NCBI RefSeq assembly: GCF_041956535.1
Contig: NW_027192222.1
Span: forward strand, 149,901 to 213,900
From: Calcarisporiella thermophila CBS 279.70
Lineage: Eukaryota > Fungi > Calcarisporiellomycota
Length of the DNA stretch: 64,000 nt
Direction: 5' to 3'
The notes beneath the pieces were generated by a model. That model saw only the letters and a program-made list of their open reading frames with translations, had not been told where the DNA came from and ran no database searches. Made by a program: the position numbers and the translations under genes. Positions within the stretch are counted from its first letter, which is position 1. Every line of letters starts with the position of its first letter. Shown one piece after another: positions 1-10,723 of this stretch.

Positions 1-464
1 TATCACTTGACGGGTAAATATTAAGGTAAGTATTGGGGGAGGTATTATGTTAGGTTAGTAAATAAAGAAAAACCTACTAGAGGAAGGGAGAATTTTGATG
101 GTGGTTTTTAGAAAGCTACTACAAGTGATTGTGTATCGATTGCACTAAAAATGAGAGCTCTGGGATGGATATTCGCAGAGTTATTAGCCCTCAAAGATTT
201 TGCTATAATTCTGGAGATTTATATCTAAATAGATTGGTCCAATCAAATCTCATAATTCTTATTTCTATATTTCTGATTCTGTCTGATTTTTTGTGGAAAC
301 TCCCAATTTTGCTTAAGCCGTCGCATACGCTGGGCTTAGGCATGAAATACACCAGGCTTGACATTTTCTAGTTTTGGACATAAATACCAGGCCTCAGCTG
401 CAGGACTGATTCTCTGGCTAACCCGTTTATTTTAAATTATCTAAACAAAATACATAAGTAGAAA

Positions 465-1802
465 TTAAAAATTGTTTGAAAATATCTTGTCTGCTTCAAG
501 GGTCTCTAGAACGTCTGTAGGCAATGTAATAAGCACATTCAACCTACCCTCAGGCCAATGTAGTGGCGAAGGCAGGATTAGCGCACCTTCAAAAGGTAGA
601 GGTGGTGTCATGACTCGAGTTGGCGTGCCGTATCCAAAGTCAACACCATAGATCGCAAATTTAGCCCAACTAGAACTTATGACATAGCTTTCGGGAACAT
701 TTCTGGCGATTGCGTGATGAATTATTGATTTATCCGGCTGCTTTTCTATCCATTCTAAACTATGACGCAAGTATATGTTGTTGACTTGATTAATTGCGAA
801 GCGAATGGATGATGCCAGGCGACCAACCTGTTCTTCATTGGAAACAATATCGGCTGGAAGCCTCGTAAGCTTGCAAATAACTAGTGATCCAAATGAGTTG
901 GCCGGTAGTTGTGGCTCAAATTTGGGGCGAGTATCTATTACTATTCCGCAGGTAACTTCTTGGTCGCCATCAACTCTACGTGCTCGTGTGATTGAGCTCC
1001 AAAGGTGCGCAAGTAGGGCATCATGCGTTGATATCCAAGCTTCCTTGTCGTCCATTTTGCACGCGGCTGCGGCCTTGAGCTCTCTTAATGCTTCTTTTGA
1101 AAACACAATGCTTCGCGTTTCTAGTTTTGCTGCATTTTGAAAAATCTCTTCGAAGGCTTGTGAATCCACTTCGAAATCGGGCGAATAGTCCGTGATATCG
1201 ACGTTTCCCCTTGGGGTGATAGCACTAGGGTCCCATATAATTTTGTCGTTCCCTATACCCCGTGTCAGTTGTCCCCAAAGTTTTAGAAAGAGATCAAGGG
1301 AAGAAAAATCTGCAATACGGTGATGCATATTGATGCCTAATGCGACGGATCCGCAAGGATAGTGTGTGAGACGAGCAGCAAACAGAGGGGATGGCAGTTT
1401 TTGCGCAAAGAGGCCCATTGGACACAGATCTGGAGCAACTTCTGCTGGTTGAAAAGCAGAAGAGCCGGCATCGGGAAAAGTTGAGGTTGTTTGTGCTACA
1501 GAAAAATGCACCCCTGGCATGGAATTTCGCTCGAAAGAAATTTCCAAGCTATTGTCTGCGATTGCGCGGAGTAAACCACTTACAACGGGAACGATGTCGA
1601 TGGTTTGCCTTAGAGAATCAAGTAGTTGCCAATGGGGCATAAACTCTTCTTTGGAGTCTAAATTCGATGGTTTCTTGAAATAGCACACAACACTAATATA
1701 CATCGGAGGAGTCACAGATTCGAAACCGGTAAGCCGGATGGGCTTGGACGGGAGTGTCGTGGTGATGGAGGGCTTAATGCAGAAGTCGTGGAGGATTTTC
1801 AT
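465..1802 (-). CDS. BAHD/transferase-family acyl-CoA-dependent acyltransferase, intronless
   Basis: 445-aa ORF with the HxxxD motif (MHHRIADFSS) and C-terminal DFGYG (DFGWG-type) motif. Confidence 0.9.
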   Translation of the reverse strand: MKILHDFCIKPSITTTLPSKPIRLTGFESVTPPMYISVVCYFKKPSNLDSKEEFMPHWQLLDSLRQTIDIVPVVSGLLRAIADNSLEISFERNSMPGVHFSVAQTTSTFPDAGSSAFQPAEVAPDLCPMGLFAQKLPSPLFAARLTHYPCGSVALGINMHHRIADFSSLDLFLKLWGQLTRGIGNDKIIWDPSAITPRGNVDITDYSPDFEVDSQAFEEIFQNAAKLETRSIVFSKEALRELKAAAACKMDDKEAWISTHDALLAHLWSSITRARRVDGDQEVTCGIVIDTRPKFEPQLPANSFGSLVICKLTRLPADIVSNEEQVGRLASSIRFAINQVNNIYLRHSLEWIEKQPDKSIIHHAIARNVPESYVISSSWAKFAIYGVDFGYGTPTRVMTPPLPFEGALILPSPLHWPEGRLNVLITLPTDVLETLEADKIFSNNF

Positions 1803-2605
1803 TATTACAAATAATAATACATGTTTAATTATTCCTCGTAATCAAAGCTCATCGCTAAACCCTCTGTTTTCTTTTTATATTACAGTCGCGTAATCCGTTT
1901 CCACGGATAAATCTCTCTCGTTATCGTTTTTCTAGCATCGAGTTACGATTCAGATCCAATTTTGATACTTGTGATTGATTTCTGACAAGTGTTCCAGTAG
2001 TGTGAAAGCATACTCTGGTTTTTGTCTTGTACTCTCCCAAGAAAATTACTCAAATATACTTTTATATGACTCGCTAAGTATCAAATTCGCAGCTGAGTGT
2101 TGAAATCGCCATTGGATAGATTTCATGAAAATTTATGTTCATATTATGAACATAGATTTTCAATATTATTGAATATGACGGAGTTAACATTTGGCAGGTT
2201 TTTGTTGTCATGGGTCGTGATACTTCTCTAAATCAAATAATGCGAAATAAAAAAATAAAGGGAGTGATCCTCGGCTCTACAAATGAAAATACTTGATTAC
2301 AATACCGTTTAAATTATATCAAGGATTTATGGATTTGGTAATCGGGTAAGCATATGATATGATGTGTAAAGTCAGAGGGGGGGCTAACCAACACTTAAAA
2401 ATGGGCGCTTGCAAAATAACTTCCAGGGATGCTACAGTATGCATGATTCATATTCAATGATCCGATTTATGTAAGCAGCATTGCTCCCCATTTTAAAAGT
2501 CAGATTTAAATTAGTGTTAAGACATTATTTGAGAATAATAGACTACGGACTTTGTCAGCAGTCCACGCTTCAGGATGATGAGGCCGATTTATTGGATAAA
2601 ATGAG

Positions 2606-2711
2606 CTGGTACAAAGAATAAAGAAAAAGTAAACAAAAAAAATCGTACAATAATCTGAACGTGATTTTGCTATAAATATGAACCTACCAAGAAGATGTTT
2701 CTTCGGCCGTT
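2606..2711 (+). repeat. Left inverted terminal repeat of the DIRS element
   Basis: CTGGTACAAAGAATAAAG...CGGCCGTT is the reverse complement of 8786-8891, with 4 transition differences. Confidence 0.92.
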
Positions 2712-3255
2712 TTGAGCTGGATACTTCCGTTTAAGATGAGTTCCCAACCCGAAATTCTTCATAGTAGGTCAGAGAGCGATTCCGAGAGGGTGCTGCAAGA
2801 CGCACTACTTCCAAAGGTTCCCATACGCGAGAGACATTGGTGGGAGCCCCCCCCCCCAGGAGCTTGCAAGACTTTTTGAGCATAGGTTAGCACACGAAAA
2901 AAATGCTAACCTGACCTCGGAAGAAAGGCAAGCGATCTGGGACGAGAACCCGCCAAGGAAAGGAATGAAGTACGAGGCGCCCCCAATGAATTCATCCTTA
3001 CTCTCTTGCATAAGCAAAATCGCCAAGAAACACGACCTATACTTGGGAGATCTGGCAAAACAAGTCGCTCTGGCAACAAGACCGCTAGAGTTGCTTTTGC
3101 ATGATATCTGGAGTATCAGGGTTCTGCTAGGAGAGCAGGCGTTTGGCAGGGTTTTCAACCGCGGCTTAGACGTAAGGAATCTATTGCTCAACGTGACTGG
3201 GAAAATAAACCAGTTCCTGCAAATTGAAGCCTATCGAGCAGTAGAGCCAAGCGCC

Positions 3256-3828
3256 NNNNNNNNNNNNNNNNNNNNNNNNNNNNNNNNNNNNNNNNNNNNN
3301 NNNNNNNNNNNNNNNNNNNNNNNNNNNNNNNNNNNNNNNNNNNNNNNNNNNNNNNNNNNNNNNNNNNNNNNNNNNNNNNNNNNNNNNNNNNNNNNNNNNN
3401 NNNNNNNNNNNNNNNNNNNNNNNNNNNNNNNNNNNNNNNNNNNNNNNNNNNNNNNNNNNNNNNNNNNNNNNNNNNNNNNNNNNNNNNNNNNNNNNNNNNN
3501 NNNNNNNNNNNNNNNNNNNNNNNNNNNNNNNNNNNNNNNNNNNNNNNNNNNNNNNNNNNNNNNNNNNNNNNNNNNNNNNNNNNNNNNNNNNNNNNNNNNN
3601 NNNNNNNNNNNNNNNNNNNNNNNNNNNNNNNNNNNNNNNNNNNNNNNNNNNNNNNNNNNNNNNNNNNNNNNNNNNNNNNNNNNNNNNNNNNNNNNNNNNN
3701 NNNNNNNNNNNNNNNNNNNNNNNNNNNNNNNNNNNNNNNNNNNNNNNNNNNNNNNNNNNNNNNNNNNNNNNNNNNNNNNNNNNNNNNNNNNNNNNNNNNN
3801 NNNNNNNNNNNNNNNNNNNNNNNNNNNN
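3256..3828. other. Assembly gap
   Basis: Run of N. Confidence 1.
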
Positions 3829-3925
3829 GACTCCACGACACCCAGACAATTGGCAGCATTTCTGGGAGCTTCGAATGCAGCCTTTCCAGCAATAATGCCA
3901 GGAAGACTGTTTTCGAGGTCATTAA

Positions 3926-4378
3926 TTTTTTTTTTTGATCAATCAATGGAAACTTTTATTTAATTTCCATATATTACATGAAGTTAATGTCAATGGACTT
4001 AATGAGATATAGGTCCTTGATCGATAGACTTTCAATCGATATGCGTGTATCGTAGTTGTCGTGAATAGCATGTACGTGAAACCGATGTAATCTTTTGTAC
4101 TTATCGTAAGGGCGATCTTTTCAATAATCAAGACTCAGTTTCTGATCAAGTGGATAGCAGTCACAAACTAAGAGCAAGTGCTGGTGGGGGAAGTGGGATT
4201 CGAACCCACGCCGTTCTCATCGGCATCCCAGGGATAGTCCACTACACTAACCCTCCCCCCCCCCCGGAGGTTGAATAAGGCGTCCCAGTCTGGGTTGGTG
4301 TTCTGAGCTCTGATGTGTGCCATCATTAATGACATCGAAAGGGGGAGAGGTGGTGCAGTGGTCCACTTCAGGTGCCAT
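3926..4378 (-). mobile_element. 3' end of a non-LTR retroelement (probable LINE ORF2 tail, 3'UTR and poly(A)), or a tRNA-headed SINE
   Basis: On the minus strand: open frame ..LWHLKWTTAPPLP..STCS*, tRNA-like module, AT-rich tail, and AATAAA ~20 nt before A11 (3926-3936). It interrupts the DIRS RT frame. Confidence 0.7.
4182..4259 (-). ncRNA. tRNA-like cloverleaf (tRNA-Leu-like T arm, encoded CCA, vestigial anticodon arm); not a decoding tRNA
   Basis: GGGGGAG/TTCCCCC acceptor stem followed by ACCA; A-box-like TAGTGTAGTGG; T arm GTGGG-TTCGAAT-CCCAC with B box; GCCG/CGGC arm. Confidence 0.75.
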
Positions 4379-4751
4379 AGAATTGAGAAAAGGAAGGCAA
4401 CCCATATGCCAATCCGCCATAGACAATGAAAGCACGAGTTCTTCGGAAGGTGATGTTGGAGCAGCTGAACCTAACGATAGTAACTCCATATTGGCCATCA
4501 GCTCCGTGGTTTCCCTCTTTAGTGCAGATGAAACTGGAGGGTCCGATCAGGATACCGAGGAAGGCAATTCGGCTGGCAACACCACAGACAAAGCACCCAC
4601 TGAAGATCAAATCATGGTATTTGACCGCTTGGCGCATCTCAGGGAAGCATTGAGGGAAAAGAATGCTTCTCCAGATACACAGGAATTGCTGCTACGCGGG
4701 AAAGAGTGACTGGCGAAGCTTCGCAATTATTCCTCAGCGCAAAAGAAATGG

Positions 4752-7538
4752 CATCCCCTTTTCTTTTATAGATTAGGACAATCGTTGCTTTCTTCGAGAA
4801 GTTTATAGGGCTGTCCATTGTGAGGGCCTCATTGAAGAGCAGCTGAATCGTGGGGGCAAGCTCATCTTCAAAGGCTCGGTAGAATTCCGCCGTAATTCCG
4901 TCCGGGCCGGGCGATTTGTTCTTTGGAGCCAGCCGAATTGCTCTCCTCACCTCTTCTTCGCTGATAGGCTCTTCCAGTTTTTCGCGGGCTTCAGTAGATA
5001 AAGTTTTGTCTACATGATTGAGGAGGGTGTTTTGGTCGGTTGTACTTGTGGGGTCCCCAGCATAGAGCTCCGTGTAGAAATGGGTGGCCATTCTGGCTAT
5101 TTCGCTAGGGTCTTCAGTGCGAGTTCCATCCGCTCTTTTCAGCGAGGTCATCGCGTTGACTGCTCTCCTTCCCGCAATGCGGCGGTGGAAGTATGCTGTA
5201 GATTTTTCGCCCTGGTCGGTCCAATTCAGGCGGGACCGAATACGCAGTGCTTCAGTTCTTCTATCGACATGTGCAGCAAGTTGGTTGCGGAGTTTCTCCA
5301 GTTGGTCATGCGATTCTCTAGTCTATGGGCCTTCATGGTATCTCTTAAGAGCCCTGTTTAGCTGTGTTTCCTCTGTTCTATACCGGCGTTGGCTATGCGC
5401 CGCGTAGGTGGTAGTGAGCGATTGGAATTCTTGTTTTACGGCGTTCCAGAAATGGCCCGGGGTCCTGAAGGATTCGCGGGTTGTAAGCAGGTAGTGCCAG
5501 TGGGCCTTGAGAGTGGCTGTGTAGAGTTCATCGTCTGCTAGGCTGGAGTTAAAACGCCATTGACCGTAGCCAGATTTAGGAGCTACAGAGTTCCTTATTT
5601 CTATCTGGATAGCCATGTGGTCATACGATGTCCCAGGGGGATCCAGTAGGGTTACGTCCGTCGTTTTTGATATGAGTGACGGGCTGACCCAAAATAGATC
5701 CAGACGTGATCTCATTCGAGATCTTCTGTGAGAGTACGTGAACTGGTCGCCTTTGGGTGAGAAGTGTCTATGGACGTCCGTGAGGGAGGCCGCAGACGTG
5801 ATCACCCGAAGTCGATGTGAGGAGCCTTTACGGTTTTGGGAGTTGGGAGCTGGTGGAGCGCGGTCAATTGCTGGATCAAGGTGAGTGTTGAAGTCACCTC
5901 CCATTATTAACCGGTGCGCTTCCAATGAGGCTGGGAAGGCCTCGTAAAAGGCTTGAGTATCCGGTTCTGCGGAAGGAGCGTATATATTTATTAGTGTAAT
6001 CGGGTATGGAAGGAGGGGGGAGCGGGCCACGCATTTTAGGACACGGCCTTCCAAGTCGACGTCAACATCGGATAGGATGGTGTCGGGATGAGTAGACATT
6101 ATGGCAGTGTGGTATGACCAGACCACGGGTTGACCTCATTCCCTCTGCCATGCGTGGTTGTAGTCTCCGTCTTCGGTCTCCGTATCTGCTTCTGGGCGTG
6201 GGTGGTTCGGTTCGCTAGGGGAGTGGATTTCTTGGAGGAGGATTAAATGGGGTGTCGATATTAGTTTGAGCCAGTTGAATAGTGTTCGTCTTTTTTGGGT
6301 TAGCTAAACCCCGTGTGTTGAGTGATAGGATCGATATGGACATAGGATATTAGATGGGTGTTATGGGGGGGGTATTATTGTGGGTTAGAAGGAGCTGTCC
6401 TCCATTTTGTCACTTTCCATCCCGTCGTCGTCTATTACTTTGGTGCCGATTTTAACGGTTCCGTCCTTGTGGTCGTCATGGTTCTTAGAACCTATTTCTT
6501 CGTTTTCGTTTTGACGTGAGTTGTGCTGGCTGGTCGAGCTTCTTGAGGTTAAGTCAGTATTTCTGGCGGGGGCCCTGTTGTCAACCAGCGTTGGATTCTG
6601 GGTGTTGGTTGTCTTAGGGTCGTTTCTAGCTACCCTATTAGTTGGGCGCTTTTCTAATGGGGGTAGGGACACCGACTGGCTCGCGAGTTTCCTTTTTCCA
6701 CTTGATTTTCGGCGCTTCACCAGAGTGAAGCCCTCCGAGTCGGCCTGCTCCTCCTTCTGGAGTCTAGTGATGTCAGTTTCTTTACTCTTGATCGTGTCTC
6801 TCCTGTCTATGTTGATGGCGGCGGTAGGAGTGTTGAAGGTGAACTGGGGAATTTGGCTAGTAGGCTTATTGGCCCGTTTTGGGCATTCTCTGCTGTAGTG
6901 ACCTTCGCACAAGCACGTACGGCAAAGTGGTGGGCAGTCGGGCCAAGTGACAAAAACCTCATGGCCATCCACTATCATGTGACGGTTCAGTTTCTTAATT
7001 GACTATCACGTTTCCCTGCCACATTTAGGGTGAGGAAGATGGTTGACCTTGCCTCGCTTGGCATAATCGCACAGGTGGCGAGTTTTTTGTGAATGACTGG
7101 CGACACCAGTTGCTCAAATTGCTTAGCAATCTTCGCTACTACTTCGTCATGGTCTTGTTCAAGCGGCACTTGATCAATTTTGATCGTGAGTGCGGTGTTC
7201 GTTATGTCGAACAGAAGGTGGGTGGGAACAATCTTGTCCCCGATCACGAATCCTTCTTCGATGATGGCGTGCATGTCGAACCCCTTTTTGAACTGAATCG
7301 CCATCTCCGCATTGTCGCGCCGGGGGTTTTCGTCCTCAGCGATGATTGTGTCACCGAATTTGTTGGCGACAGCGGCAAGACCGTCTTCGCGGTTGGCGAT
7401 TCCGGTGAAATTAAATATCACAGCATTTTTGATCGAGTACGTCCTCTTGATCGGCGGGTCGAAGGAAGGGCGTTGCTGGTGGTTAGTTCCTCGTTGGAGA
7501 GCTCGAGCGTAATTCATATTCGTGCTGTTGTTTTTTTT
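4752..7538 (-). mobile_element. L1/Tx1-clade LINE, 5' portion (ORF1, ORF2 endonuclease and start of RT), degenerate
   Basis: ORF1 7517-6385 is frameshifted and carries a CCHC knuckle (CRTCLCEGHYSREC). ORF2 from ATG 6343 has APE motifs SLNTRG, LQE, NIYAP, GDFN, SRLDLF, YDH, then KSPGPDGITAEFY and IVLIYKRKGD, where it is cut off. Confidence 0.92.
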
Positions 7539-7539
7539 A

Positions 7540-8009
7540 GGTCAATAGTCATTGACGACACGGCCCTGAGAGGAGTAATCAACTGCCCAAAAGAGACATG
7601 AAATAATCAACGGGTAGTCAAAGAATTTCACCTCCATCGTCACCCAGACCCCTGTTTGTGCCCAGTGGAGTGTTTCATCGAGTATCGTAGGCGGTGGCAA
7701 GCTAAAGGAAAGCTCGTGGAAGGGACAAAGATCTTTTTGATTCCCAATACCAGACTTCCGGCCAAGCCTTCAACCTTATCTCGATGGATCAAGTCAATCT
7801 TCGGGATTGCTGGATCCAATTTACGCGCTCACGACGCACGCAAGATGGGTGCAACTCTCGCATCAAGAGGATTCGACGTAGACACGGTGGTAACACTAGG
7901 AAACTGGGCATCGTCATCCACCTTCGACCTCTTCTACAGAAGAGATCGAGCGTTCAACGCAGATATCACCAGTGTGATCCTCTCGACCAACCGCGAGAAC
8001 ACACAGTAA
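7540..8009 (+). pseudogene. DIRS tyrosine recombinase, C-terminal catalytic part
   Basis: PKET*..LCPVECF..TLSRWIK..RAHDARKMGAT..GNWASSSTFDLFY (HxxR, W and Y catalytic signature); in-frame stop upstream. Confidence 0.88.
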
Positions 8010-8729
8010 NNNNNNNNNNNNNNNNNNNNNNNNNNNNNNNNNNNNNNNNNNNNNNNNNNNNNNNNNNNNNNNNNNNNNNNNNNNNNNNNNNNNNNNNNNN
8101 NNNNNNNNNNNNNNNNNNNNNNNNNNNNNNNNNNNNNNNNNNNNNNNNNNNNNNNNNNNNNNNNNNNNNNNNNNNNNNNNNNNNNNNNNNNNNNNNNNNN
8201 NNNNNNNNNNNNNNNNNNNNNNNNNNNNNNNNNNNNNNNNNNNNNNNNNNNNNNNNNNNNNNNNNNNNNNNNNNNNNNNNNNNNNNNNNNNNNNNNNNNN
8301 NNNNNNNNNNNNNNNNNNNNNNNNNNNNNNNNNNNNNNNNNNNNNNNNNNNNNNNNNNNNNNNNNNNNNNNNNNNNNNNNNNNNNNNNNNNNNNNNNNNN
8401 NNNNNNNNNNNNNNNNNNNNNNNNNNNNNNNNNNNNNNNNNNNNNNNNNNNNNNNNNNNNNNNNNNNNNNNNNNNNNNNNNNNNNNNNNNNNNNNNNNNN
8501 NNNNNNNNNNNNNNNNNNNNNNNNNNNNNNNNNNNNNNNNNNNNNNNNNNNNNNNNNNNNNNNNNNNNNNNNNNNNNNNNNNNNNNNNNNNNNNNNNNNN
8601 NNNNNNNNNNNNNNNNNNNNNNNNNNNNNNNNNNNNNNNNNNNNNNNNNNNNNNNNNNNNNNNNNNNNNNNNNNNNNNNNNNNNNNNNNNNNNNNNNNNN
8701 NNNNNNNNNNNNNNNNNNNNNNNNNNNNN
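8010..8729. other. Assembly gap
   Basis: Run of N. Confidence 1.
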
Positions 8730-8785
8730 ATTTTGAAATATTTATTTTTTGTTTTGTTTGATTTATTTCCCTCCCCTCTTCTTGG

Positions 8786-8891
8786 AACGGCCGAGGAAAT
8801 ATCTTCTTGGTAGGTTCATATTTATAGCAAAATCACGTTCAGATTATCGCACGATTTTTTTTGTTTACTTTTTCTTTATTCTTTGTACCAG
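8786..8891 (-). repeat. Right inverted terminal repeat of the DIRS element
   Basis: Reverse complement of 2606-2711. Confidence 0.92.
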
Positions 8892-9407
8892 TTTTTTTGT
8901 AGGGAGGGCCTTAGCAAGGACCGCTTTCAGAGCCAAGCCCTTACTTCACATACGCAGGCTCTTCAACCAGGTGTTAATGGTAGGCTCAATTTAGTGAAAG
9001 TATTCCATTCGTTTTGCTAACATTATTACACACAACACTCTAGGTGATCAGATAGTTGCTCACGCACTGTATGCAGCCTATCAAACGGTTTTAGGCAAAC
9101 CAAAAAATCAATCGAGATACTACTCCAAGCTTGTTCATTGTATTGTCGTTTCTTAACACATTTCCATGATTGCTTAATCTACCAGCAGTAAAGGATGATA
9201 TACAAGTTGAACATGTCACGATATTTCACTCAACTAAAAAGAGTTGTTTAATCTGAATATCCATCTTGGTAGTAGTGATATGAAAATATAAAGCACAGAT
9301 CAACAATAAAAATGGTCAAACTTATACATGAGGTTCGACGAATTTATACCACTATTACTAAAATATTGACTAATCTGCGATTTAAACCATAATCCCCATA
9401 ATCTCTT

Positions 9408-10172
9408 TTATCCTAATATCCAAAATCCTCCATCAACAGCAATTATCTGACCAGTTATATAATCACCCGCATCAGAAGCCAACAAAAGCGACACTCCTCC
9501 TATGTCCGTATTACTCCCTAGCCTTTGAGAAGGAAGATACTTCATCATCTTATCCAATTGCTTCGGGGATGCTTTGTCGAACATCTCCGAAGGAAAAGCT
9601 CCTGGTTCTATCACATTCACAGTGATGTTTTCACTAGCTAGATCAGCAGCAAGTATTTTAGAAAGATGATTTACGCCCGCTTTGGAAACGGGATATGCAT
9701 ATTGCCTAAATTCGCTAGAGCGATTCTTCATGCTAGTGACGGTGGACCCGATATTAATAATTTTCCCGGGGTGCCCTTTAGTGGCCTTCAACAAGGGAAG
9801 GAAAGCTGCGACCATAAAGTGTATACTCTCGAGATTAATCTGGAACGTTTTTCTCCATTTTTCTTGATCATATTCCTCGCCCGGGTACACCACACCAGCA
9901 TTATTCACGAGAATATCGAGCCGATCTTCAGGAAAACTTTTGACTAGCTCGTCAACCGACTCTCGACTAGACACATCGCCTTGCAGTGCGATGATATTCC
10001 CACCTGACACCTTCTTCAGCACATTCAATCTACGTCCCACAATGTACACTTTGGCACCGTTTGCCTCAAGGGTCTTTGCAATCATGAGCCCAATCCCGGT
10101 TCCTCCACCGGTCACCAAAGCTATCTTGTTGCTCAGGTCGAAGAGATGAGAAGCCTGCAGACTCGAGTCCAT
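9408..10172 (-). CDS. Short-chain dehydrogenase/reductase (classical SDR), intronless
   Basis: TGGGTGIG, NNAG, YPVSK (YxxxK) and VNVIEPG motifs. Confidence 0.93.
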   Translation of the reverse strand: MDSSLQASHLFDLSNKIALVTGGGTGIGLMIAKTLEANGAKVYIVGRRLNVLKKVSGGNIIALQGDVSSRESVDELVKSFPEDRLDILVNNAGVVYPGEEYDQEKWRKTFQINLESIHFMVAAFLPLLKATKGHPGKIINIGSTVTSMKNRSSEFRQYAYPVSKAGVNHLSKILAADLASENITVNVIEPGAFPSEMFDKASPKQLDKMMKYLPSQRLGSNTDIGGVSLLLASDAGDYITGQIIAVDGGFWILG

Positions 10173-10632
10173 GTTTAAGTTAATTCAAGTTAGAAACCAT
10201 CGCTTTCAAACGACTCGTATTTATGTGAAAAAGAATGATATTTGAGCTTGGTATTGTTATAACGATGTTTATGCTTGGCATTGTTCAAGTGTTTCTCGAT
10301 GACTAAAAGGATTATAAATTATTTCTAAATTTTATTTCTAATGGGGCTTCATTTTACTCTCTATTTTCTAATACTTCTCACAGGAATTCTGATGTTACTC
10401 GGTTCCGTGGAATTTGAATCCGCCGTTGATGGATTGTATCTGGATCCCACTAACTGTTACGAATTACTTTTTTTAGAAATTGTATTCGTTTCGTTTAAAT
10501 TTTGTGATGTGATTCAAGAGCATGATTGCGTTCGTCTCTCCTCTGATCTCTCCGCGGCTGATGATTACTATTTCAGAAAAATATCGAATTTCAGAGCAGT
10601 TTTTCCCCGGATTAATCTCTACAAAAAATCAT

Positions 10633-10679
10633 CTTAAGGAATTCGCATAAAAATCTGGTTTTTATGCGAATTCCTTAAG
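10633..10679. repeat. Perfect inverted repeat, 21-bp arms with 5-nt loop, 45 bp upstream of the bZIP start
   Basis: CTTAAGGAATTCGCATAAAAA-TCTGG-TTTTTATGCGAATTCCTTAAG. Confidence 0.95.
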
Positions 10680-10723
10680 CTCTAGCTTCTTCGACCCCCT
10701 ATCACGGTATTAATTAGGTCATC

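Larger units (their letters stand above)
2606..8891 (+). mobile_element. DIRS-type tyrosine-recombinase retrotransposon, degenerate and interrupted by LINE sequence
   Basis: Inverted terminal repeats at 2606-2711 and 8786-8891. Gag-like frame from ATG 2736. RT-connection fragment TPRQLAAFLG..PGRLFSRSL (3829-3925). MT-like fragment NPYANPP*..TIVTPYWPSAPWFP..AWRISG (~4380-4653). YR N-terminus to ~4751 and YR C-terminus 7540-8009. Confidence 0.88.

Noticed and set aside
4182-4259. Functional tRNA-Leu gene (GAG in a 7-nt loop)
   Set aside because: The GAG loop sits in the variable-arm position directly against the T arm, the true anticodon arm is stunted, and CCA is encoded. It was kept only as a tRNA-like element.
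4380-7600. In-frame TGA/TAG codons as selenocysteine, readthrough or an alternative genetic code
   Set aside because: They occur only in decayed transposons together with frameshifts, and host genes use standard stops. Stop-codon contexts alone are also biased evidence for RIP.
2965-8761. Long ORFs containing X runs
   Set aside because: Artefacts of translating through N gaps.
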